Assembly: GCA_963663405.2 (NCBI GenBank)
Contig: CAXXSM010000019.1
Coordinates: 1-13,961, forward strand
DNA: 13,961 nucleotides
DNA from: a bacterium
GTDB lineage: Bacteria > Hinthialibacterota > Hinthialibacteria > Hinthialibacterales > Hinthialibacteraceae
Direction of reading: 5' to 3'
Each line of letters opens with the position of its first letter. Position 1 is the first letter of the stretch. Positions 1 through 8,602 of this stretch are shown here, in pieces. Position numbers and translations under genes: made by a program. The notes under the pieces were generated by a model. It worked only from the letters and a program-made list of their open reading frames with translations, was not told the origin of the DNA and ran no database searches.

Positions 1-2102
1 GCCCTTACGGAGAATGTATGCTCTCCAGCGGACTGACGAGGAATGACCGCCACTGTATCCTCTTGAAACGGCGACCAATCCCTATCATCGATCCGGAATG
101 AAAATAAAAGACGATCGCGAGGCGTATATTTCCATTGATCAATGCCGGTGAAAAAGAACTGTGCTCCTCCCGGCGCGTATTCCTTCGAATTGGCGCCTTC
201 CGGCATAATGGTTTGTGGTGGATCGAGATCGGCCTCGTGATGGTATAAAGAGAGACCACTTGTCGTCCCCGCCCATAACCGTCCCTGACTGTCTTCAAAG
301 ACATCGTACACCGCCGCGTCCGGCAATCCTTCCCGCCAGGTATGGGTTACCCAAGAGCCATCGCTGTATCGATGCAGCCCCGTCCCGGACGCGGCCCATA
401 CGCTCCCATCTCGGGTGGTCCGGATACCGCGCGTCATATCGAGCCCTGTCCGGATCGTCCTCCATCTTCCGGCTTTGAATTCCATGATTGAATCACGGCC
501 CCCGATCCAGATCGCTCCATCCTCCCGCTGGTGGATACAATTGACGGACGTTTCGGTGAATCCATCCTTTGAGCCGTATACCTTCCACTCCCCATTTCTC
601 CATCGAGTCAAGCCATTCAATCCCCCGAACCAGAGATTCCCTTCCCTATCTTCCAATACATGCCGTAAGGTTGTATCCAAGATTACACTATCCCGAACCT
701 GGAGAACCGTTTCAAAAGCGCGTCCATCAAAGATATCAAGCGCCGTCTCTCCATTCCCATGAGAAACCGTCCAGATTGTTCCATCCTCACGAGTAGCGAT
801 GAGAGAGATTGTTTGATTCCGCGGATGTTCGATAGGCGTATAAATTCCGGACGCTGGTTCAAAAGAAAAAAGACCGGCTTGCGTCTTCACAGCGATATGG
901 CCGCCGGAGAGAAAGCAAACCGGTTCGGCTTTCAATTCTTCCAATGTATGCCCCGCGGGCAGTGGATACGGGCGCCATTCGTCTTTCTCATGACAAACCA
1001 GCGCGTCAGCGAACGCAAACCAGACGCGGCCCTGTGGATCTTCAAGCATTCCATGAACGAGTGTGGCTCTCTCCAGCGCCCCGGACGGCGGTCTCCAAAC
1101 CGCCGGCGCGTAGCGCGCCAAGCCTTCCCCCGTCGCGAGCCAGAACACGCCCTTCTCTTCGATGCAAACATCCAACAGCACTCGCGACAACACTTTGTTT
1201 TGGCCGGTGGAAATCAGCCGCTCCCCCTCCACCGCCGTGAGAGAGAATGGGGATTGAAACAGCCAGTACCGCCCGTCGATTCCACCCCACCCCCGTTCAA
1301 GCGTTCCCGAAGCATCTTTATAGAGAATTTCCCAACCAGCGCCGCTATATTCCAAAAGAAATCGTTCAGCTCCATTCCCAGCCGCTACAACAGCGAACAC
1401 AGCGCCGTGTTCGTCCTCTGTCAATGATATAATCTCGAACTCTTGAAACTCATTGTCCAAAACGTATTCATTCCATGTATAGTGGGGCGGATCATCCACA
1501 GAGATATCCAACTTTGCGAGAATCCCTTTGGCGCCGATCCACACGCCTCCCCCACGCGCAGGGATCATGCAGTAGAATCCACCTATTTCAGTTTCATAAA
1601 TATCTTTGACAATCGAGGTCTTTCCTCTGACAGCGTCGAACAACAGGATATTTGGAGACTGAACGTACAATATCAATCCATCACGAATAGGGAAAAAAGG
1701 CGTGCGATTGGGATCGATTCCCCCCACGTTAAACCGCTTCCATTCGCCGGCGCTCCAATCTCCTTCATACGTATATTTCAAAAATCCATCTTCACAAATC
1801 GACCATAAAACACCCGATGCGCTCTCATACACAGGAACCCCTACGCCGGGACTGGGAAGAAGACACACGGAATAACCGTCAAGCCGGCTCATCTGTTGGA
1901 TGTGTCCATGATTGACCCACACTGCGCCGGATGGCCCGGTGTAAACTGAATTGGAACAAGATTCCCCCAACCCATCCGCAGGCAGCCAATACCGCCAATG
2001 CGGTGGAACCGCCGCGTGGACCGGCCAATGAAGAATCAACACAAAACCACACGCAAGCCCAAAAGAAAAAACCAGCGCGCTCAGTTTGTTAAAGATGGAC
2101 AT
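1..2102 (-). CDS. Periplasmic/secreted beta-propeller sensor-type protein (two-component regulator propeller repeats plus Ig-like/Y_Y_Y-type domain); 3' end runs off the window, possibly the N-terminal part of a hybrid sensor kinase or phosphatase
   Basis: Manual translation of the minus strand from ATG 2102 gives an open frame of about 700 codons to the window edge. It starts MSIFNKLSALVFSFGLACGFVLILHWPVHAA (signal/TM segment) and has WRYWLPADGL and repeated propeller motifs (LEDPQGRVWFA, LEDREGNLWFGGLNGL, QREDGAIWIGG, TRDGSVWAASGTGL, EGLPDAAVYDVFEDSQGRLWAGTTSGLSLY). It ends DLDPPQT...FSFRIDDRDWSPF...AGEHTFSVRA (Y_Y_Y-like). Alternative in-frame ATGs are at 2111 and 2120. Confidence 0.88.
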   Translation of the reverse strand, partial: MSIFNKLSALVFSFGLACGFVLILHWPVHAAVPPHWRYWLPADGLGESCSNSVYTGPSGAVWVNHGHIQQMSRLDGYSVCLLPSPGVGVPVYESASGVLWSICEDGFLKYTYEGDWSAGEWKRFNVGGIDPNRTPFFPIRDGLILYVQSPNILLFDAVRGKTSIVKDIYETEIGGFYCMIPARGGGVWIGAKGILAKLDISVDDPPHYTWNEYVLDNEFQEFEIISLTEDEHGAVFAVVAAGNGAERFLLEYSGAGWEILYKDASGTLERGWGGIDGRYWLFQSPFSLTAVEGERLISTGQNKVLSRVLLDVCIEEKGVFWLATGEGLARYAPAVWRPPSGALERATLVHGMLEDPQGRVWFAFADALVCHEKDEWRPYPLPAGHTLEELKAEPVCFLSGGHIAVKTQAGLFSFEPASGIYTPIEHPRNQTISLIATREDGTIWTVSHGNGETALDIFDGRAFETVLQVRDSVILDTTLRHVLEDREGNLWFGGLNGLTRWRNGEWKVYGSKDGFTETSVNCIHQREDGAIWIGGRDSIMEFKAGRWRTIRTGLDMTRGIRTTRDGSVWAASGTGLHRYSDGSWVTHTWREGLPDAAVYDVFEDSQGRLWAGTTSGLSLYHHEADLDPPQTIMPEGANSKEYAPGGAQFFFTGIDQWKYTPRDRLLFSFRIDDRDWSPFQEDTVAVIPRQSAGEHTFSVR

Positions 2103-2334
2103 CGATCTCATCCAACACATTCATTTTCACAATCCATAACCATTAATACTAAAATAGCAATGAGTTGAACCTCAATTATACTCCCCCGTATAGACCACCG
2201 GATAGAGGAGAATTGTTACTAAAACCATCCCAATAATCCCGGCGTCAAATCTCTATCTTCCTCCCGTCAGGAAGGGTATATTAGTGAAGACAAACATTGA
2301 TGTAAAAAATCAAAAAAAATCAAGGATACATACA

Positions 2335-3381
2335 ATGAAGAGAAGACCGTTCTTACAAATCGCGGCGGCCGCCGCTGGACAGTGCGCGTTAGGATTGCAG
2401 ACGTCCTTCAGCGCGGAACAGTTCGTCTCGAATCCACACGAAGAAATCATCGATGGAGTTCCACACCGCGTACTGGGTCGAACCGGCGAGAAAATCCCAA
2501 CGGTTGGATTTCCTGGATTGGCGTTGGTTCATTATGACCAGGATTATGGCACACAAGAACTCCACCGCGCCGTCGACCGGGGATTCAATTATTTCGATGT
2601 CGCCCCCGCGTATGGGAATGGGGAAGCGGAAATAAAAATGGGAATCGGATTGAAAAATGTTAAACGCGACAAATTCTTTCTCGCCTGCAAGACCAAAGCG
2701 CGGGACAAAGAAGGCGCCCGGAAAGAATTGGAACGCTCTCTCGAACGCCTCAAAACCGATCATTTCGATCTCTACCAATTACACCATCTCCGCACAACGG
2801 CTGAAGTCGAAGAAGCGTTCGGCCCAGGTGGCGCGATGGAGACAATTCTCAAAGCCAAGGAAGAAGGCAAAGTTCGCTTCATCGGCTTCTCTTCGCATAC
2901 AACCGTCAGCGCCTTGGCCGTCATGAAGAAATTTAAATTCGACACGGTCATGTTCCCGATCAACTTCGTCGAATACTATTCCTTCGGTTTTGGGAAAGAA
3001 GTGTTGGATCTGGCGAATGAACAAGGCGCCGCGGTCCTGGCGATCAAAACGCTGAGCGGTGGCTTATGGCCGCAAGGGGTGGATCGAGTCCGGAATTGGT
3101 GGTACCGCACGCTGGAAGACCAGAACGAGATCGACTTGGCCACGCGGTTCACGCTCTCTCTAAAATCGGTCGTTTCCGGCATTCCACCCAGTTTCATTGA
3201 TCTGTTCAACAAAACAATTACGGCGGTCAAACGTTTTCATCCCATCACGAAAACTGAGTTGGAAGAAGCGAAAAAACTCGCCGAAAACTGCCCATCCGTC
3301 TTCAAAAGTCAACAGCAGGTGTCATTTAATTCTCCTCATCAACAACCCCTTTTTGCGGGATGTCCCTACTCGCAAGCGTAA
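2335..3381 (+). CDS. Aldo/keto reductase with twin-arginine (Tat) signal peptide
   Basis: AKR motifs include PHRVLGRTGEKIPTVGF, GFNYFDVAPAYGNGEAE (catalytic D/Y), ACKT (K), LERSLERLKTDHFDLYQLH (H) and KAKEEGKVRFIGFSSH. The start at ATG 2335 (MKRRPFLQIAAAAAG) has AAGGA upstream and is preferred over GTG 2284. Confidence 0.93.
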   Translation: MKRRPFLQIAAAAAGQCALGLQTSFSAEQFVSNPHEEIIDGVPHRVLGRTGEKIPTVGFPGLALVHYDQDYGTQELHRAVDRGFNYFDVAPAYGNGEAEIKMGIGLKNVKRDKFFLACKTKARDKEGARKELERSLERLKTDHFDLYQLHHLRTTAEVEEAFGPGGAMETILKAKEEGKVRFIGFSSHTTVSALAVMKKFKFDTVMFPINFVEYYSFGFGKEVLDLANEQGAAVLAIKTLSGGLWPQGVDRVRNWWYRTLEDQNEIDLATRFTLSLKSVVSGIPPSFIDLFNKTITAVKRFHPITKTELEEAKKLAENCPSVFKSQQQVSFNSPHQQPLFAGCPYSQA

Positions 3382-3443
3382 TAAACTACGGCCATACGTT
3401 TCCGCGAGGAAACGCCACCTACACTTCTTAAGGAGGAGAGAGC

Positions 3444-4859
3444 ATGAAACGATTCACGCTTTGGATACTTGCATTTTCAGCGGCTTTATTCGCCTTCGCC
3501 AATGCAGAAGGTTGGATCAAACCGTATGAAGAGAATCCACGCTATTGGCAATACAAGGGAGAGCCCGTGCTGCTGCTGGGTGGCACAAAAGACGATAGCC
3601 TGTTTCAAATTCCCGATCTCAAAGAACACCTCGATCTCCTAGCGAGCGTGGGCGGGAATTATATTCGCAACACCATGAGCGACCGGCCCGATAAGGGTTT
3701 CGAAGTCTATGCGTTCAAGCAGCTGCCCAATGGGAAATACGACTTGAACCAATGGAACGAAGAATATTGGAACCGCTTCAAAAACATGCTGCGATGGACG
3801 AACGAACGGGATATCATCGTCCAAATCGAAGTGTGGGACCGATTTGATTATATGGACTCCAAAGAGGTAACACGATGGCAGATCCATCCATACAATCCGA
3901 AGAACAATATTAATTATACTTATGAGGAATCAGGTTTCGCGGAGAGCTATTTCGATCATCCCAGCCGGGATAGGCACCCCTTTTTCCATACTATTCCTGG
4001 GATGGATCAATACCAAAAAAAGTACGATTGTATTCGAAAATATCAGGAACAATTTGTTGAAAAACTGCTTTCCTTTAGTCTGCAATACGGAAATGTTCTG
4101 TATTGCATGAACAACGAAACCTCCACCTCCCCCCAATGGGGCCAATACTGGATTCGATTCATCCGCGAACGAGCGGAACAAAAAGACGTTGATGTATACC
4201 TGACTGACATGTTCGATAACGGATGGAAACCGCACGAATCCGAAACCGTCCAAATGGAGATCGACAATCCCCAAATCTATACCTTCATCGATATCTCGCA
4301 AGTGAACAGCCGTAACTTCAACCAGGATCACTGGGACCGTTTCCAATGGGTCGCAAGCCGGGTGAAAGAGAACGCGCCCCGGCCACTCAACCACACGAAA
4401 ATCTATTCGGACGGCCAATCCAGCTGGGGATCAGGAACGCCCAAAGATGGAATCGAGCGTTTTTGGCGCAACATCCTTGGCGGCGCGGCGTCCTCCCGCT
4501 TCCACCGCCCCCCAACAGGGATCGGCCTGAACGAACTCTCACAAGCGTGCATCCGCTCCGCCCGGATGGTCGAAACGCAGATCAAGTTCTGGGACGTCGA
4601 ACCCCGAATGGATCTGCTGGATAACCGCGAGAGTAACGAAGCCTATCTCACGGCGAATCCTGGTGAAGCGTATATCCTCTTCTTCACTGATGGCGGTTCC
4701 GTCCAGCTTGACCTGCGGAATTGCCCCGGCCGTTTTCAAGTTAAATGGATCGACATCACTCACGCCAAGTGGGGAAGTGAATCCACACTCTCCGGCGGCG
4801 AAAAACAAACCATCGAAGCCCCCGGTTCAGGCCCAAGGGTGGCGGTTATTGTGAAGTGA
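3444..4859 (+). CDS. Secreted glycoside-hydrolase-like TIM-barrel protein (clan GH-A-like, DUF4038/DUF6298-like) with a C-terminal beta-sandwich (collagen-binding-domain-like)
   Basis: Strong SD (AAGGAGGAG) and a Sec signal ending ANA. Motifs include NPRYWQYKGEPVLLLGG, GGNYIRNTMS, YDLNQWNEEYWNRF, RDIIVQIEVWD and NVLYCMNNE (NE acid/base-like). The C-terminus is a beta-rich module (AYILFFTDGGSVQLDL...FQVKWID). Confidence 0.7.
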   Translation: MKRFTLWILAFSAALFAFANAEGWIKPYEENPRYWQYKGEPVLLLGGTKDDSLFQIPDLKEHLDLLASVGGNYIRNTMSDRPDKGFEVYAFKQLPNGKYDLNQWNEEYWNRFKNMLRWTNERDIIVQIEVWDRFDYMDSKEVTRWQIHPYNPKNNINYTYEESGFAESYFDHPSRDRHPFFHTIPGMDQYQKKYDCIRKYQEQFVEKLLSFSLQYGNVLYCMNNETSTSPQWGQYWIRFIRERAEQKDVDVYLTDMFDNGWKPHESETVQMEIDNPQIYTFIDISQVNSRNFNQDHWDRFQWVASRVKENAPRPLNHTKIYSDGQSSWGSGTPKDGIERFWRNILGGAASSRFHRPPTGIGLNELSQACIRSARMVETQIKFWDVEPRMDLLDNRESNEAYLTANPGEAYILFFTDGGSVQLDLRNCPGRFQVKWIDITHAKWGSESTLSGGEKQTIEAPGSGPRVAVIVK

Positions 4860-4998
4860 ACAGCGCCAAAAGCTTGTAGAAATAGCAGTCAGCCGAAGTG
4901 GATTCACCCGACGCCTATCCGCAACTTACGTCAGATGATATCCAGACCACGATTTATTTAGTTCAGTAATTATTATTAAAAGTCTTGATTTTCTATTG

Positions 4999-5038
4999 AT
5001 CCTTAATAGACTAGTCTATAAACAAGTCTATTAAGGAT
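4999..5038. promoter_or_regulatory. Inverted-repeat operator/hairpin upstream of the phd-vapC pair
   Basis: ATCCTTAATAGACT (4999-5012) and AGTCTATTAAGGAT (5025-5038) form a perfect 14-bp inverted repeat. A nested palindrome ATAGACTAGTCTAT lies at 5006-5019, and the right arm contains the SD AAGGA. Confidence 0.7.
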
Positions 5039-5047
5039 AATTAACTC

Positions 5048-5290
5048 ATGAGAACCATCGGATCTTACGAAGCTAAAACACATCTCCCTGATATATTAAA
5101 ACGCGTCGAACAAGGGGAAGAAATACTCATCACACGGCGGGGCGTTCCTGTAGCAAAATTGATCCCCGCCAAAACACCTTCAAAGAAAGAAATCAAAAAA
5201 GCGATTGCTGAAATTGAACGCCTAAGCGAGGACTGTACTCTAGGCGGTATAGAAATCCAAGATATGATTCATGAAGGGCACAAATACTGA
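5048..5290 (+). CDS. Type II antitoxin, Phd/YefM family
   Basis: MRTIGSYEAKTHLPDILKRVEQGEEILITRRGVPVAKLIP is the classic Phd/YefM N-terminus. The TGATG stop/start overlap couples it to the PIN toxin. Confidence 0.95.
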   Translation: MRTIGSYEAKTHLPDILKRVEQGEEILITRRGVPVAKLIPAKTPSKKEIKKAIAEIERLSEDCTLGGIEIQDMIHEGHKY

Positions 5291-5727
5291 TGGATTTTGT
5301 GTTGGATTGTTCCATAACAATGGCGTGGTTCTTTCAAGATGAGGAGACTTCTTACACAACGGCAGTACGGCGTAGTTTGGGAGAAAACGCCCATGCTTTC
5401 GTTCCATCCATCTGGATGTTTGAAGTAGGAAACGTATTCATAATTTCAGAACGCCGAAAACGAATCAATGAGGACAAAACGGCCTTACTCCTGGCGCAAC
5501 TTAAAATCCTTCCCATTCATATTGAGGAAACCCCTACCTTTATAATCACACGTAACATAATGGATATTGCAAGAAAATATCAACTCTCCACATACGATGC
5601 GGCCTATCTCGAACTGGCTATTCGAAAAGAGATTCCCATATCCAGTTTGGATAAAGATTTAAAGAAAGCGGCAAAGAAATCGGGGATAACAATCTTCCAT
5701 CCAGAAGAGGATGCTTTTTCCGGATAG
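5290..5727 (+). CDS. vapC: Type II toxin, VapC/PIN-domain ribonuclease
   Basis: PIN acidic residues are present in FVLDCS, FEVGN, LSTYDAAYLELA and SLDKDL. The gene is translationally coupled to the antitoxin. Confidence 0.95.
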   Translation: MDFVLDCSITMAWFFQDEETSYTTAVRRSLGENAHAFVPSIWMFEVGNVFIISERRKRINEDKTALLLAQLKILPIHIEETPTFIITRNIMDIARKYQLSTYDAAYLELAIRKEIPISSLDKDLKKAAKKSGITIFHPEEDAFSG

Positions 5728-5775
5728 AAACATATTACATTACTGGCTTTTTAAAAGTGATTGAAAACGGAAGGA

Positions 5776-6225
5776 TCATTTGGAATTATCAGGGAATTCT
5801 TCTACCCAAACAATCAATCGTCTGTACTTACTCGCAGTGGTAAGATCATAAAATTTTCTATCGGCGGTCACCAGTTGAGCATTTTCTTTTTCGGCTAATG
5901 CTAAATAGAGACAATCAGGAATGGGATGTCTTTTTAAATCTTTCGATAAGTTGAAAGCCCTATGTATTAAATCATTGGCAGGATAGAGTTTATTAAATAA
6001 TTGATTTATCCTCTTCATAAAAATCATGAAGCCATTATCCGCGTCTTCCGGCGATAACTGTTTCAGAATAACTTTTTTATGAAGGGCGTTAGCATATTCA
6101 ACAATAATCAGATCTGGAGCGATTTTAATAAGATCAGACTGTAAAAATCGCTTCGCGGCTTCGCGATAAGATTCTTCAAAGAACCATTTCACAGCGATGC
6201 TAGCGTCGATCACATTGGTGGTCAT
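5776..6225 (-). CDS. vapC: Type II toxin, VapC/PIN-domain ribonuclease (FitB-like)
   Basis: Motifs VIDASIAVKWF, APDLIIVEYANAL and DCLYLALAEKENAQLVTADRKF. It has an ATGA overlap with the upstream antitoxin. Confidence 0.95.
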   Translation of the reverse strand: MTTNVIDASIAVKWFFEESYREAAKRFLQSDLIKIAPDLIIVEYANALHKKVILKQLSPEDADNGFMIFMKRINQLFNKLYPANDLIHRAFNLSKDLKRHPIPDCLYLALAEKENAQLVTADRKFYDLTTASKYRRLIVWVEEFPDNSK

Positions 6226-6458
6226 AACCGCTCACGTTCTTCACGAATAATGTCGGTGCTATCGATGGTCTGAGGACCTACACGCCGGGCAAATTCGTCC
6301 GCTTCGCGAATGATATCCTCCATTTCCCGTTTACGCTCTAGGATTTGATTAAGTATGCTTTTCGCTTCTTCTTCGACGCTTACTCCATGTTCGGCGGCAT
6401 ACCAGTGTAAATCTTGATACAATTGACTATCAAGATTCTGCAGTAAAAGATCGGGCAT
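6222..6458 (-). CDS. Antitoxin, FitA-like ribbon-helix-helix protein
   Basis: MPDLLLQNLDSQLYQDLHWYAAEHGVSVEEEAKSIL matches the FitA/Arc-like RHH pattern, and the C-terminus DSTDIIREERER is typical of this family. It has a GGAGG SD and overlaps the PIN gene. Confidence 0.88.
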   Translation of the reverse strand: MPDLLLQNLDSQLYQDLHWYAAEHGVSVEEEAKSILNQILERKREMEDIIREADEFARRVGPQTIDSTDIIREERERL

Positions 6459-6487
6459 GATCCCTACCTCCAGTCTTCTTTATCAGT

Positions 6488-6507
6488 TATCTGTATTGTA
6501 CCAGATA
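6488..6507 (-). promoter_or_regulatory. Extended -10 promoter (TGGTACAAT) flanked by a TATCTG-N8-CAGATA inverted repeat; putative antitoxin operator
   Basis: The minus strand reads TGGTACAAT at 6503-6495. The arms lie at 6488-6493 and 6502-6507, about 30 bp upstream of the antitoxin ATG. Confidence 0.55.
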
Positions 6508-6528
6508 GAAAAGGGATATATCCATCCA

Positions 6529-7044
6529 TCATCGCAATCGCAAATTATCCAATTGTAAAATCGGTTTTTTCGTCAACCAGATGGAAATCATCACTAGAAG
6601 AAGAACCGTATCCTGCAAGAGGATTTTAATCCCGACCCGCTCCGCGTCGGAGGTGAACGAACAACCGCATTCGATATCCAATCCACGCAATATCGCCGAT
6701 TCAATTGCAATGATAAAAACGATAAACAGGCCCGATAAAATCGCAAGCGTTCCATCCATGAACAAGCCGAGAACCAGGCAAGCGCCCATCACAAATTCAA
6801 TCGCGGGGATGATGATGGCGGGAAGATTGACGTAGACGCTGGGAAGAATCTGGTAATTGTCAATCGCCTTGGCCATGCCCTCCATATCGATCAATTTCAA
6901 AAATCCCGACCGGACCAGCATCAAACCAATCACGACGCGCAACGCGAAGGTAAAATAGGGATGTTTATAAAACTGAAGCCAACTCCATTGATTTTTCATC
7001 TGTTCTTCGTTACCTGCGATGTTCTCTTTTGCGTCAACGGTCAT
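6529..7044 (-). CDS. MauE/DoxX family membrane protein with a CGC motif
   Basis: Motifs LRVVIGLMLVRSGFLKLID, AIDNYQILP, PAIEFVMGACLVLGL and RGLDIECGC, with about four TM helices. The start at ATG 7044 overlaps the rhodanese stop (ATGA) and is preferred over 7098. Confidence 0.9.
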   Translation of the reverse strand: MTVDAKENIAGNEEQMKNQWSWLQFYKHPYFTFALRVVIGLMLVRSGFLKLIDMEGMAKAIDNYQILPSVYVNLPAIIIPAIEFVMGACLVLGLFMDGTLAILSGLFIVFIIAIESAILRGLDIECGCSFTSDAERVGIKILLQDTVLLLVMISIWLTKKPILQLDNLRLR

Positions 7045-7514
7045 TCCTTTTCTTCCTCCGTTTCGATTGGGAATTCTTTCTCTTTCCAATCCAGCCACCC
7101 GCCGGGGTATTGCGAGAGATTCTCAAATCCAAGGGTTTTCAAATGCCGGAGAACAGTGTCACTCTCATCACAGGCGCCCCCCTGACAATAGACGATCAAA
7201 GGCAGATCCGGCGGCAGCGTGGGGCCGATCTCTTCAAATTTCTCTCCAAACTCGATAGCGGGAAGATTGAGAGCGCCCGGTAGATGTCCCAGGTTGAATT
7301 CTTTCTCTTCGCGGGCGTCGATGAGCAATCCGAATCCTTCTTCGATCCGTTCGAGCACCTCTTCTGCGCTTAAAAGAGGCCACTCGCCCTTCGGTTTTGG
7401 AGGGCGTTTAAGTGGGAGAGGATCATCCGACATCGTATTGACTGAAAAACCGAGAACAGCGCTGATACCAAGAAGCAACACCATCTGCCATGCGATTCGT
7501 TTGATTCGCCGCAT
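7041..7514 (-). CDS. Membrane-anchored rhodanese-like domain protein
   Basis: N-terminal TM segment, followed by LIDAREEKEFNLGHLPGALNLP, the active-site loop IVYCQGGACDES and YPGGWLDWKEKEFPIE. Confidence 0.93.
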   Translation of the reverse strand: MRRIKRIAWQMVLLLGISAVLGFSVNTMSDDPLPLKRPPKPKGEWPLLSAEEVLERIEEGFGLLIDAREEKEFNLGHLPGALNLPAIEFGEKFEEIGPTLPPDLPLIVYCQGGACDESDTVLRHLKTLGFENLSQYPGGWLDWKEKEFPIETEEEKE

Positions 7515-7527
7515 AAAATCGTATCCT

Positions 7528-8565
7528 TTACCGCCGGGTCCGGCGCGCCAGCGCTTGCCTCACCATCGCCCGGTAGGGGAGATCGGCGATGGGTTCAAAT
7601 TCCGAATTCGTCGACACGTGAACCATGCCCGTGTACGTGCCCGTTTTTTCGGGCGCTTTAAAAACAAAATCAAGGATGATATTCCCATGTTTGTCTTCTC
7701 CCACGACGGTTCCTTCGACTAATTTTAAATCTTTAAATTTCTTGTCTTCGCTGGTAATTTGATTAATCTTGAGTTCCTCTACATCCAACTTTTTGGAGTA
7801 GGATACAAATACCCTTCTCGCAACCGTCTCCCCTGGTTTGACGGCGCCAAAATAGAGCTGACCTTGGCTGAAAGAAATCTGTCCCGTCACCGTCGCCATA
7901 ATCGAGAATTGAGCCAACGGACTCTTCTCACTGTCCGTTTTAATCACAAGATTATCCATAAAGACTTTTTTCGTTTTACCGGCTTTAAAGGTAACGGTAA
8001 TCGGTACGCCTCCTTCTGTAGGTTCGCCCGTTTCCACCGTAAATTCAGGATTTCTTACCTTTGTGCTGAGAATCGTAAATGGCTCTTCTTCAAGATTCTT
8101 CAATAACAAGGTTTGTGAAAGTTCCGTTTGGTATATAACCGTTCCGAATTGAAATGACTGCTGGGGATACAGTGTCCAAAGCTTGCGAACATCGGCTTTT
8201 AAGCCGAGAGTGACGCGTGGTTTCAAGGGATCATTCGAACGAATAATCGCTTTACGCGCCATCGGCCCCGCTGTAAGCGCCGCCGTCATCGTGACTGACA
8301 CAATCCCCGTCGCGCCTGCGGGAATACTCGTCGCAGCCAGCACGGCGGCGGCGCACCCGCAATTCGTCGACACCTCATGGATCACCAAATCCTCATCCCC
8401 AATATTCTTAAAGATAAATTGATGGCCCATCTTATCATGAGAATAGTGACGCCCAAAATCGCAGTTATAATTATCAAACTCGATCGACGGCTGGGTATAA
8501 CCGATCTCCGCGGCGATGAGAAGAAGCGCGATTCCTGCAATCCAATGATAAAGCCGTGTCATCAT
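7528..8565 (-). CDS. DUF1573-domain secreted protein, three tandem Ig-like domains (paralogue 2)
   Basis: Signal peptide followed by the DUF1573 signature DFG...HQFIFKNIGDEDLVIHEVSTNCGCAAA...IPAGATG and SNDP, then two further Ig-like repeats. Confidence 0.9.
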   Translation of the reverse strand: MMTRLYHWIAGIALLLIAAEIGYTQPSIEFDNYNCDFGRHYSHDKMGHQFIFKNIGDEDLVIHEVSTNCGCAAAVLAATSIPAGATGIVSVTMTAALTAGPMARKAIIRSNDPLKPRVTLGLKADVRKLWTLYPQQSFQFGTVIYQTELSQTLLLKNLEEEPFTILSTKVRNPEFTVETGEPTEGGVPITVTFKAGKTKKVFMDNLVIKTDSEKSPLAQFSIMATVTGQISFSQGQLYFGAVKPGETVARRVFVSYSKKLDVEELKINQITSEDKKFKDLKLVEGTVVGEDKHGNIILDFVFKAPEKTGTYTGMVHVSTNSEFEPIADLPYRAMVRQALARRTRR

Positions 8566-8602
8566 GAACGACCCTCTTCCGTCCTATAAAAATGTGGAAT
8601 TA

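Noticed and set aside
5-1808. Numerous ORF-track entries (for example 759..1427 +, 415..762 + and 1443..1808 +)
   Set aside because: They are shadow or alternative-frame ORFs over the long minus-strand propeller gene and show no recognisable motifs.
4860-6528. Mobile element, integron cassette or prophage remnant around the TA pairs
   Set aside because: No transposase, integrase, attC-like site or flanking direct repeats were seen.
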